In this document: piece after piece, positions 38,020 to 48,994 of the stretch
How positions within the stretch are numbered: position 1 is the stretch's first letter
Layout: each line of letters starts with the position of its first letter
Assembly: GCF_000143415.4 (NCBI RefSeq)
Contig: NW_003314271.1
Coordinates: forward strand, 2,733,729 to 2,797,728
Direction: 5' to 3'
DNA from: Selaginella moellendorffii
Lineage: Eukaryota; Plantae; Lycopodiophyta
Length of the DNA: 64,000 bases
Notes under the pieces: model-generated
What the model was told of the DNA's origin: nothing
Databases searched by the model: none
What the model saw: only the letters and a program-made list of their open reading frames with translations
Made by a program: the position numbers and the translations under genes

Positions 38020-40834
38020 GAAGGGGGTGCTGTCAGGAATCCCCCAATTCTTGCCACATTCTTGACTCTTGCCGGATTCCTGGCTTGCAAACCACATTCC
38101 TGACTCTCGAGACACTTCCCTATTCCTGACTCTCGAGACACTTCCCGATTCCTCAGTCTCGAGCCACATTCCTAATGATGATGTGGCGCCTCCTCAACCT
38201 CAGCTATATTTAGGCCATCCTCGATCCAAGAGTGGTGGAGCTTCATCAACCTATAGTATATATAGGTTAGCCTTATTCCATTTCTCCACAATCTGAATCA
38301 ACGCCAGTCTAAGGCCTCTTCTTTATTTTCACTAGCTTTTTCTCTTTGTCTTTAGCATTTTCCAGCCTTGATCTTGTTGGGGGTCTTGACAAATCTGAGA
38401 CAAAAAAAATTCTGATTAGAACCGACAAGAACAAAGAAAACAAATAAGAAACTACTCAACTGGATATAGCAACCAACAACATCTTCCAAAAGTGTAAAAT
38501 CAGTGAATTGCAAGTCATACAATTCCTTCCTCCCACGTACAAGAAAGAAATTCATGCAGAATAGTACAACTAACCAAAACAGTCCATTAGGACTGTTAGG
38601 TAGAAACTCTGGCAACGTGAGAATTGCCTTAAGCTCAGCCATCGACAAGTACACATGCTTTGACCCTGTACTTGTTGGCCTTGTAGTTTCTAGTGCTGTT
38701 TTTCGAATTACATGGCTAGCAGTGTTCCTAGAATAAACAAACCAAACCAAACATATTAGAACACAAACCACAACAAAAAGAACAAAAAAGGCAAGATACC
38801 TTGCTATAAGAAACCTTAAATCATTCAGGATGTCAACTTCTTCTTCTAAAACTCTTGTTCTTGCAACTCGGGCTTCTCTTGCCAGCTTCAATACTCGGTT
38901 AAAGCAAAAAAACATATCCCTCAGAGTTGTTGGAGGGTAAGGCTTCCCATCGTCTCTCAAAACATGCTTGTAGAACAATGCAAGCTGGTGGGAAAGCTCC
39001 TACAGTCAGAGAAAGATGTAGTCACAAAAATCAAAAGAAAAAATAAGAAACAACCTTTGCAGGAAGTTCCTCAATCAGTCTCAGATCCTGTAAGGAAAAT
39101 TCTGGGCCCTGTGCCTCGTGCCATGCATAAAACTTCGATGTTGCCTACTCATACTTCTTTCAGGTCCCTGCTGGTATAACCAGTTCCAATGGATTCTCAT
39201 CCTCCTCATTCGAACAATTGGTTGAAAAGGTTGGCGGCCAACCTGCATCAACAAACAATTTCAACCTGGAGTATCTAAGCAAAAAGCACTTACCTCTCTC
39301 CGACCACGCCGACCACGCCCACCACGCCCACTGCGATTCCTCCCAGGACAAACCTATCAAACTCAAATGATTGCAAGTGAGTAAACAAGAATACATAAAA
39401 ACTAGAGAACCAAATTCAAGAAAGGAGCTGCGTTCTCAACAAGATCAGTGGCATTCTGGGACAATCCCAGATCAAATGAAGGAGGATCCATCTACAGATA
39501 GACAAAATCGAGAGGATTGAGAAGGAAAAACTATGAAATTCAAAGAAAACCAGGAAATGAGGGCAAACCGGGATTATTAGCTCTCAAGCTGCTCTCGACG
39601 CACACAAGCTCCTGCTGCCTTCAGCACCACAAGAAACTGCTGCAAAATTCCTGAAACACACGGACAAGGAGCAGATCTGGAGCAATCTAGCTGCTATGCC
39701 TCAGATCTGACCTTGGCAAGCTGCTGCTGTCCTGCCGCTGCTGCTGACGCCTTGCCGCTACTGCTTTGCCGCTGCCGCTGCCGCTTCCGAGAGAATCTGA
39801 CAGCCTCACAGCGTCGGCACAAAAAACCCTAAAACCCTAGAAAACATGTTATATATGACTTTTAGCCACGTGTTCTATGTTCATTCGACCTCTCTCATCC
39901 TCGAATAACGTTATTCCATGTGTCCGTTAACGGTCTTGCCACAGCCCGTTAAGGCTGTTCCCGGGCACGGGCTCGCACGTTCCCTCCAGAATGTGCTTGC
40001 CGGGCTTACGCCCGGCTTGCCTGTTCTGGGCAGGAACGTGCTCGCCCTACCCAGGAACTCCTTCGTCGTCGATAGACCATCATTTCTCGCTGTTTTTCGG
40101 TGAGATATTTCGAATAAAAATATCTCACTGTTGCAGGATATTTTGAATTAACTGCTAGGATGAGGCGATCGTCTCGCCCCTCGATCGATGCATATCGGTC
40201 ATGCGTTCGTCTAGCTCATCGGTCAACCCAAGCTAGAGATCTTTAGCTGCCTTTCCGAGCATATCTATAGTGTGCATTTCTGGCAATGACGTGACTCCAC
40301 CAAGCGCTCTAATCTTTCTTCCTGGATCATCGCTTCATCGATCATGACTGTCGTGTTTTTGGCCATTATAGATTATAGAAGGACGAGGACACTAAGCAGG
40401 AGCCGCAGCCTCCCAATGTTCCTGAGGGAAGCGCCAGCGCCAGCACCGTCCGGCGAATCGCAGCAGCCAGAAGCCAATGAAGCCGAGAAGAATCCCCCAG
40501 ATTGGTTCAAGCGAGAGATAAGAAAAAGGTGAGAACTCCTCTATTTTCTTTGTTCATGGTCTTGTTCTTGTTCTTCTTCACCGTGGAAACTTTCCAGGCT
40601 AGACACAAATGGGAAATCCTCTTCTTGCTGACGACGAGTTGATCGACCGCCTCTCAGATTCCATCTCTTCCTCCTCGCCCTCACTGTTGAGCGTAACTTT
40701 GAGATATCCTTCCGCCATTTTCTTCAGAGAACGACAATGGCCCTTGAGAATGAAGGAAAACGATGAAAGGCTTAGAAACTTTTGTTTTCGTTTCGCAATC
40801 AAATTCGCACACGGAGATGCTTTCTTTCCACTTC

Positions 40835-41296
40835 CGGACATCTCGTTCCAGGAGACGCTCCAAGTGTGGATTCTCTCCGCCTCTGCAGATGCCTGGCCTG
40901 GGCGCGCGCCGCCGCGGCCAGGTTCCAGGGAGACCCCGTTGTACTGCAGCATGAGATCCAAATTTCACGGATGGCACTAAGATCGCCGTCCAAGAAACTA
41001 CGCTAGGCCCGGCGTTTCGCTCAAACGCGTTCTGCGCATACTCTGGATGCCCTGTTTGGGAAAATGCCGACACCACGACGTCGCGGAAATTGCATGGATT
41101 CTATCAAATGCGTGCTATGGATTGGGGATGAATTCCAAGATAAGGAAGCTCCAAGGGAAGATATTGGAGGAAATGATCCCATGAAAGGCATTGAGTGCCC
41201 TGTTAGGGCTGGATCAAGGGGTTTGAGAGGATCTAAAGCCACTATGATCCACTCCCTGGAAAATCAAAATCCTAGAGGGAAGGTCGAGATTATCGC
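40835..41296 (-). pseudogene. Truncated, frameshifted paralog of the 5' part of the 15620-17590 PPR gene
   Basis: Aligns to ~16955-17510, e.g. AFSQTGHPEYAQNAFER vs AFAQRGHPEYAQNAFER. Confidence 0.85.
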
Positions 41297-41449
41297 TGTT
41301 TTAATTCAATTATAACCGTTCGATTATCTGCGATTGAATGTGGAATTCTGAGGCCTGACGCGGGCTACTTCTTGGAGGCAATCTCAAACACATAAAACCC
41401 ATTGCTTCCATCAAATGCCTCTCCACCCAGCCATAGTTCCATGGAGGAA

Positions 41450-41755
41450 CTATGCTGTCGCTGGCATAAGCCACAATTCATCAAAGTCGGAATCCCGGTA
41501 AGATTGCTGGTGTCATGTTTGGAAACAAGAATCCAAGGGAAGATCGTGGGGCCATCTCTCCCGTGGATAGAGGTTAAAGGAACTTCATCATCATCCTTGC
41601 CTTCCACGGAATGCTCCATTGCGAGAGGAATTCTATTGTTGTCTGGTCTATCCGGGTTAGACCAGACTCCCACGTTCCCTGGGCTCTGTGAGAATTGGAA
41701 TCCATGATGAATGAGACATCGCGATCTTGGGCGCGATGGTGTGTTATCCAACAAG
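41450..41755 (-). pseudogene. Degenerate paralog of the F-box-like gene lacking the copia insertion
   Basis: Colinear with 17805-17868 joined directly to 20699-20945. Confidence 0.7.
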
Positions 41756-42199
41756 CTTGTGCTTGGGCATTACATTACACACGATGGATGTGGAGGAGAG
41801 CGAGAAGGAGAAGTGGAGACGCGATCCAGGTTAACAATCCCTCCTCTTCTTCTTCTTCTTGTTCATCAGACTCTTTTAGAAGACTATAAACCCAAGACCA
41901 AAAAAAGAAAGAAGTTCTCTAAGGAGGAAGAATAAGAAGATATGTGGTGAAAATGGCCGAAGCTCGAGAGAATGCAAACTTTAGAACTTTCGTTTCGTTC
42001 AGCAATCAAATTCGCACACGGGGATGCTCTTTGTCTAAAACAAAATAAGCCAGTTTTAATGCAAGCTTATCAGAGTCTCGCAAAATAAACTGGCAAATGT
42101 CGAGGAGCACGCCGGCGAATCGCAAAAGAATTTAAGAAAGAGTTTAAAGGAAAGTCCATGGAGAGAAGTTCCTTGTCCGCCTGCTCTGCGAGGGGAGGT

Positions 42200-43150
42200 A
42201 ATTCTGCTCCTTGCGTCCATGTGTTCTCAGTTCTCAGTTGTCTTTGTGGCAGCTTTGGCAAGTGCACTTTCAAATAAAAAGTCACATCTTAGATCTGGAA
42301 ACAAGGTTTTGATACATGCCCAGGCCAATAAGACTGCTTCCCGATTTCAGGACCATGTTTGCACAAAGACAAGGAGAGTTGGACAACTCCCCTCTCACAT
42401 GATAAGTATTTGAACCAAATTGTGATAGTTTTAGGTGTAGGGCTTACCGCAAGCTTTTCCTGCTCGGTCGAAACGCATTACGGCATACGCATAATCCTAC
42501 TGATTTGACTTGTCCTAAGTAGTGAATACTTGCAGGCCATGAATTTTTTGCTTATGCCGGAGGAGAATGCGTTCTGGTATGTTCAGCTCTTTGAATTTCG
42601 ATTTATAAGTTGAGTTATTATGCATGTGTTAGACGAGTACTTCTCCAAAAGGCTTTTAGAAGCACAGGTTTTTAAATTTGAAATCTTGGTATAACAGAAA
42701 TTTTCAGGTGGACCAACTTGCCTTTAGTTTCCGAGGCTAAGTACTTGTTTGTGCTTGGGGTGTTGAGGCACTTTTACAGTTTCGCCATTTGGAATCCCTT
42801 GGTGTCCAACATCTTGGATGAGTTCCTATATATATTTGTGAGCGTCCTACCCTGGGAAAGTGGTCAGTACAATTTACATGCATCTCCATTTTCCACTTGC
42901 TTTTGCAGTTTTGAGAGTATGGGATGTATCTTGCTCTTGCTCTTTTGGAGCTGCATGGTTAGAATTTGCTTTCTGTATGCAGTATCAGCGTTATTAATCT
43001 GTCTCAGCTCCTGCTCTTGTGACCTCACGTGATGCTGGCCATTGTATCTCTGTGATGCAAACACTGGCCGGTGAAATGTTTGATAGCAGTCAGCTTGTCT
43101 TGACCGCTTAGTTTGCAAGGCGCTCAAGCTCTCAAGGAAATTTAGCTCAT
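42200..43150 (+). pseudogene. RabGAP/TBC-domain protein pseudogene
   Basis: Exon remnants AMNF..LMPEENAFW, EAQ|VDQL, FVSVLPWES|VLRVWDV and LQTLAGEMFDSSQLVLTA, with deletions and stops. Confidence 0.7.
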
Positions 43151-44225
43151 TGACGACGGAAATGACCAGCAGAAATCATTTCCAAGTGAGGTGAAGAAGT
43201 AAACAAGGAAGACAAAGAAATTAGAGCGAAGGATCCTGCTGACTTGGAGGAGCAACTTTTCCTACCTTTTTTCTTACTAACTGTTCGTGGTGTTTAGGTT
43301 GCAGTCTCGGGGTCGAGGAAATGAAAGAAGAGGTGAGTGCCTGTTTAGATTTTGCCAAGGGTGCTTTTTAGATATTGTCAAAGAAGATAACCGGCGTGGT
43401 TCATTAATTTCAGCTTCTCAGGCTTTGAACCTACATACGAGCTGCAGTGAGATTTAATTAAAACTTGGATCTCTCAACCCTTGCAGACAATTCTATCCTG
43501 CAGTACGCGGCCGGACAGACTGGAAACCTCTGGCGCCAGAAGGAGGAGCGGCCTTCCAAATGGTCCTGGCGTCTTTCCTCGCCCTGACGTAAGTGCATGC
43601 TACGCCAAAGACACAGCACCACCAGGCTTCGAAAACGAAAGAAGAGAAGACAGGCTTGGCACCCAAAGAGTTAGTGGAAGGAGCCTCGAGAAAGGAAAGT
43701 CTTACACTGTCCAGTTCCTGACGGCGTAGTGTAAATCAAGAGGGTATCGAATTTGATGGCGCTCTCGATATAGATCGTGCCGCTCCGGTGAGATCGTAGC
43801 ACCGATAGGCAGTGAATCGATCAAGACGAGGCAAGCGCATGCCGGGATGGAGATCGTACTTGGTGGAAAGCAAACAGAGTAATGTCGTAAACAAAGAAAC
43901 TGGCAAGCGTGGCAGAATAACAACCGTGGATGTCTAACTACCAAGACACAGGAAGAACCGCCAAGGAAGACTTCCTCTTCTCGGCTTGCAGAGAGGGGAT
44001 TCCATCGGTCATGGTGGGGCACAAGGTTTGAAAAGTCTACCTCTGGTTGCGGCTCAAGAACTCTAGAGTCTTATGTGTTCCATGCTGGTGGCGCAAATTT
44101 AGAAAAGACGATATGCAGATCACTTCTGCCAGTAAGAAGCGGCAGGAACAAATCTCGTCTCGTCTTGGCTGGTCGCTTTCACAACAACGAACGCAACGCA
44201 GCGCGCTCAAAGATCGAGCGCAAGA

Positions 44226-44830
44226 TCAAAATGCATACCCATGCACGGCGAGCTGGACAGAGTAGAGGTCCAGGCAGAAGGCAGGCGGTGCCGCAGCAGG
44301 AACATCGTTGCCGAAAAACTACGAGGACAGCAACGGGACCGTGTACCGCGGCATCCATGGTTGCACACAAATTTCATCCATGCTCTCCACACCGCTCCAG
44401 CGCTCGGGATTTCCAGGCTTAAATCCCGCGACTTGAAGCGTAGTGTCGGTGACTGTCTGGAGGTACTCCGCGTGAGGTCCAAAAGAGTAACCGTAGCGGG
44501 GTGCGGGTGCTCCATTCGCATCTCTCTCGCAAACGACACACAGCATGCGGTCCGGGCTGTGATCCCATAGCTTCAATCCTATGGAAAAGTTCACCGTGGG
44601 CGAGTTCCGAATGAAGTCCGTGCAGCGCCTTAGAAGACCGCTAAGTGACTGAGAATCAGAGACTTCGCAGATGCCAGCCGGGGCAGCTGCCCGCCTACCA
44701 TTCGGATTCACCTTGTAAAAGAGCACGTCAGGCTCCTTTCTTGTGTTGGGAGGGCGCAAAGTTTCCACTGTTGTGGCGAATGGTCTTGAGACGATCTTGA
44801 AGCCATGCGAAATCTCCCTGGCTACCCACT
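44226..44830 (-). pseudogene. Uma2-like PD-(D/E)xK restriction-endonuclease-fold gene with premature stop
   Basis: RKEPDVLF...ICEVSDSQSLSGL...FSIGLKLW...SFG; reading past the TAG at 44319 gives FCLDLYSV, matching LDLYSI in 47294-48184. Confidence 0.6.
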
Positions 44831-44834
44831 GGTG

Positions 44835-45420
44835 ATCCTCGCCTGGCATATTTGCGATCCAAGAGCTGTCGTAGCGCAAGCAAGCGCGCCTCAAGCTAAA
44901 CGCGCCTTTCTTCCCTCTCGGCCTTCCTCATCGCCCGGCATTTTTGCGAGATCCACGAGCTGTCGTAGCGCAAGCAAGCTGGCCTCAAACAAAATGCGTA
45001 GCATACAGATCGCCCTCTCGGCCGCTTTCCTCCTCGCCCGGCATTTTTGCGAGATCCACGAGCTGTCGTAGCGCAAGCAAGCTGGCGTCCAGCAAAATGC
45101 CTAGCATACAGAGCGCGCCTTTCTGCCCTCTCGGCCGCTTTCCTCCTCGCCCGGCATTTTTGCAAGATCCGAGAGCAATCGTAGCGCAAGCAAGCGTGCC
45201 TCAAGCAAAATTCCTCTGGTGCTGCCACTCCATTTGCCTCGGCCGCTGCTGATAGTGCTGCTGCTAGCGTACAGAGCGCGCCTTTCTGCCCTCTCGGCCG
45301 CTTTCCTCAAGATCGCGCCTTTCTGCCCTCTCGCCTTTCCTCAAGTGGATCGCTCCTCCCTCAAGAGCTCGCCTTCCGGCTTTCCTCAAGTCGGTCGCGC
45401 CTTTCAGCTCGCCTTCCAGA
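44835..45420. repeat. Degenerate ~100-bp tandem repeat (4 copies) plus shorter GCGCCTTTCTGCCCTCTCG repeats
   Basis: CCGGCATTTTTGCGAGATCCACGAGCTGTCGTAGCGCAAGCAAGC recurs at ~44843, 44935, 45038 and 45151. Confidence 0.85.
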
Positions 45421-47293
45421 ACGAGGTCGATGCCAAGGCCTGGCCCGGGAGGATGAGAAAGATTGAATCCGCTCTCCTCCTGCTCTACTGAGAATGACTT
45501 AAGCCGCTCTCGTGCTCTAAGGGTGCGCCGGCTCCATGCCTCGAGAATGCATGCTCTAGCCTCTCACGCAAGAAGACACTCAAGGAATCGATCGAGCGAG
45601 TAACGAGAAGAGCGATGCAGAAGCCGGAACTCGTCCTAGATCGCTTAGTCTCGGAGCAGCAACTTTACCGGCCAGCCCGCTCCTCTTCACGCACAAAGAA
45701 TATGCAAACAAGATGCTTTCTTTTAAACAGGAAATTATTACTAACAAACCCTTCATTCTAATGACAATTAAAAAATTAACAAGACGCCATTGTAGAACTT
45801 GCGGGAATGATCAGCTCCAACTCGGGCATCAAAGAGTTTGCTCCATACCCGGATGAGTAAAAAAGACTAAGCTCACTTCTACCACGGCCTGTCGATTCGA
45901 AAACACAGGCAGTCAGACATAGTACCATGATCTTTTTTAGCGAATCAGCCCCTCCAAGGTTTGAGCTCGATGTCGGCCAAGTCGCTCTGTGACATTTCCA
46001 AGTCGTTCTCTTGGAAAATACCTGCAGATGATAAGCTTCAGCAAGCTACAAAGTTTTCCAAACTCTATGGACAACGTACCCGGCATCCCGAACCTCATCT
46101 GCGCTACGCTACGGGAACTTGTTCGGGTACGTCTCCGTGATCAATGTGAAGGACTTACTCCTCTCTCAAGCGGAGCCCTCTCCAGCGAACATAATCCATA
46201 CTCTGGAGCTTTAATGTCAGAAAGGGAATGTCCCTGAGAAGACACAAAAATAAAAGGAAAATAACCTGCTTGTCAGCCGACCAACCATCAACTGTAAAGG
46301 AAAATTTCGTTTCTAACATACCAGTAGTCACATCGCTGTATCCATAAGCTGGGAGATCGAGCAGTGGATCGTGGAGAACCCAGGATAAAGTAAGCAGCAA
46401 AGATTTCAGTACTTTTTTTCATTTACCTTGGATAAAGACAAGCTGATCGAAATCTCTCACATTGTCAGCCACACTGGTTTCAGTACGCATGGCTGGAGGA
46501 AAAGGGAGCAGCTCCTCAGACGTAGCCATCCTCTAAGGTAGGAAACATAAATATGGGGATGAATACGAAAGAAGATGTACCTACAGAGTCATTTTTGCGA
46601 TGGCAACAGAATGGATGTCCGTCAGAGAAGGCCCGTGTCCTGCTCAAGATTGAACGACGGACAGATTTAGCAGTTGCATACCTCAGGATTCGATGTAAAC
46701 AAACAAGATCGGCAGAGAGTTTGACTCTTCCAAATAGCACTTGAAGCAAGCAGCTGCGCGAGGCTCTGGGGTAGCGGCATTTGCAGCACCGGGTACTTGA
46801 AAGATCATAAGTCACTTCCCGTGACAGGACAAATCACTTGCAGTAACAGGCCTGAATTTGTAAATGTAAGGAATTAGAAACTGATGAAAACAGACCTGAC
46901 ATGGAGCCGATGACGAATGGTCACTAGTCACCTTTGCTCAAGCTCTACCAATTCACGGGAAGGAATCCCCTACACAGCCGAGATTCCTAAGTTCCTGAAG
47001 CCACTCCTTGGCGAGACGTGACGTAACCTGACAGAAGCCATCAGAAACACCATGAGCACGCAATTTTTGCAGCGGAAATTCTCCCGTGAGCTACGATCGG
47101 AGAGGTCTGCAAAAACGAAAGTTGGAGGGAAATAGTACTTACAAGAACTGGCAGTGATCTGGTTGCTGTCTCTTGACACTGGAATGATCGTCGAGTTTGT
47201 TTGTCGTAGCTGAAAGGGAGCGTCAGCAATCCTTCCAGCTGCTCTCGATCAAACCCGAACAAGAGTAGCGCTTTAGCTAGGGTTTATCGAAGG

Positions 47294-48184
47294 ATGCCGC
47301 GAGGATTCGAAGCGGTGTTTGCCCGCGCGCTCCAGGCAGTGGAGCGCAAGGCGGAGCACGACGACGATCTCGACTGGCAGGCATGGAACAACCGCGAGGA
47401 GTGCACCGTGGGTAAGCGCTGGACCGTCGCCAAGCTCAACCGCTACCTCGAGATATGGAAGCTAGGGATGTCGTGCGTCATGCGTCCCGGCGGCAAGGTC
47501 ATCGCCGTGGAGCGTCAGCACGAATCTTTCGTCGCCGGCTACGTCAAGGATAGGATGAAGCCCGTGAGGGAGTCCATGGGGCGCAAGACGTGGGCGCCAC
47601 TCTACGTTCCATTTGCCCATTTGCCCAAGGGAAGCATCAAGCTCCTCACCATGAAAGCCTACCATGCCGCTCTCAACCAGCTCGAGCCCTCCAATGGGAA
47701 GTGCTTCGTCACTCGCCCATGCCCGCGATTCATCCTCGACGTTGGACAGTGCCAGACGCTGCCCGAGCTCCTCTCCTACAAGGACGCCTACTTCCGTAGC
47801 CCCGGCTCCAAGGTCCAGATCTTCCTGGCGCTCAAGTGCTACTTGAAGACGCGCATGAGGCAGATGGTGGCGGTGTTGTTCGAGCGAGACAAAGGTGATG
47901 GTATCGCTGCGAGAGCCATCTCGTTTGGGGAGGAGGCACTCCATCCCGTGACTGTGGCGTGGCTGGAGGAGCAGGGGATTTCATTGACCGGAGTGGGGCA
48001 TGGCGGGGTGGAATGCGATCGACCGGGCATTCCGAGCTACGAGATGAAGATCGAAATCGCCAAGGTGCTCGAGGGCGGGGGTGACGATGTCGACTGTGGC
48101 GACCATGTTACGCTTGATCTCTACTCCATCAAGACAGAGTTTCACGATAGCGCTGACTATAGAACTTCTTTAGAAAGCTCGTGA
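47294..48184 (+). CDS. Intronless Uma2-like/REase-fold protein, 296 aa, probably with a degenerate active site
   Basis: QLEPS...RPCPRFILDVGQCQTLPELL..YF...VQIFLALK...AISFG...LDLYSIK; homologous to 44226-44830 and 54076-54859. Confidence 0.6.
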   Translation: MPRGFEAVFARALQAVERKAEHDDDLDWQAWNNREECTVGKRWTVAKLNRYLEIWKLGMSCVMRPGGKVIAVERQHESFVAGYVKDRMKPVRESMGRKTWAPLYVPFAHLPKGSIKLLTMKAYHAALNQLEPSNGKCFVTRPCPRFILDVGQCQTLPELLSYKDAYFRSPGSKVQIFLALKCYLKTRMRQMVAVLFERDKGDGIAARAISFGEEALHPVTVAWLEEQGISLTGVGHGGVECDRPGIPSYEMKIEIAKVLEGGGDDVDCGDHVTLDLYSIKTEFHDSADYRTSLESS

Positions 48185-48477
48185 GGTTTGCTATAGAATG
48201 AAGTGTTAACTTAATTAAACCTTTACCTTAAATCCAAGAACTCAGAACTTTGATTCATCTGAGATGAGTGAATTAGAACTTGGCAGCTTGGATCAAATTC
48301 AGCTGATCAAAATCAGTTATAGTCAATGGAAGTCAACATAGTCTTTGAGGACCTGACTTTTCATTGACCTTTTTGACTTTGCATCTCCTCGTGTTGACTT
48401 GCATTGGGCATCTCCATTTGGCATAATTTTTGGCAATACGTTTTCTCACGACGCTTGAGCTCATGTCCTTTCCGGAG

Positions 48478-48745
48478 TCCCGGCGGGAAGGTCATCGCCG
48501 TGGAGCGTCAACATGAATTGTTCGTAGCTGGGTACGTGAGGGATAGATTCATGTCCAGGAGGGATGGGATGGTCTCTGGGGCGCAGGACGTGGTAGCATC
48601 AAGCTCCTCTTCCATGCCGATCTCTACCAGCTCGAGCCCGACGATGGCAAGTACCTGACGAATCGCCCATGCCCGCGCTTCATCCTCGACATCGGCCAGT
48701 GCGATGCCTACGTCCAAGGTCCAGATCTTCCTGGCGATCAAGTTG
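48478..48745 (+). pseudogene. Deleted fragment of the Uma2-like family
   Basis: PGGKVIAVERQHELFVAGYV...QLEPD...CPRFILDIG...KVQIFLAIK. Confidence 0.7.
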
Positions 48746-48994
48746 TTATCGCCGTTGTAAATTTAGTTCTCTTTTTTATAAAGCGAGAGCCCAGCAGCCG
48801 AGTCTGGGAAATCGACAGACTCTCAGGAGGAGCCAGCGCGCAAGCGTCGCCGATTCAGCTGGCTTATTCTCGTCCGTGTTCTTGGTTTTTCGTTTTTTTC
48901 TCTCCCAGCTCGATAGAGAGATTGAATTGTTCAGCTACCAAAGAGCCAGGCTTCTCCCCACCCAAGTGGTGATCGAGCGCCCGAGGAGAAACCA

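Larger units (their letters stand above)
32832..38391 (+). mobile_element. Ty3/gypsy chromovirus LTR retrotransposon (Tf1/sushi/Tcn1-like); LTRs 32832-33218 and 38031-38391; TSD AATCT
   Basis: TG..CA LTRs; 5-bp TSD at 32827-32831 and 38392-38396; PPT GAGAAGGGGG; gag, protease, RT, RNase H, integrase and chromodomain in order. Confidence 0.97.
31483..39360 (-). pseudogene. Tyrosine recombinase (Crypton-like), unit 4, split by the gypsy element at a splice acceptor
   Basis: ORF 38352-38978 FYKHVLRDDGKPYPPTTL...FLVRGRKE; remainder at 31483-32831. Confidence 0.85.
21434..40064 (-). mobile_element. Four-unit head-to-tail tandem array of a Crypton-like tyrosine-recombinase DNA element (units start 21434, 24700, 27966, 31233; ~3266 bp each; unit 4 carries a gypsy insertion)
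   Basis: Near-identical repeats with 3266/3266/3267/3265-bp period; both outer edges and all three internal junctions fall at the same TC dinucleotide; spliced tyrosine-recombinase gene in each unit. Confidence 0.88.

Noticed and set aside
21434-40064. Array as rDNA/5S, plain satellite, Helitron or DIRS element
   Set aside because: No rRNA similarity recognised, and no HUH Rep/helicase or RT in the unit. The end is not CTRR. The encoded protein has tyrosine-recombinase motifs
40080-40830. Short ORFs right of the array (40344-40532, 40609-40980)
   Set aside because: No recognisable motifs; part is a degenerate duplicate of ~41830-42030
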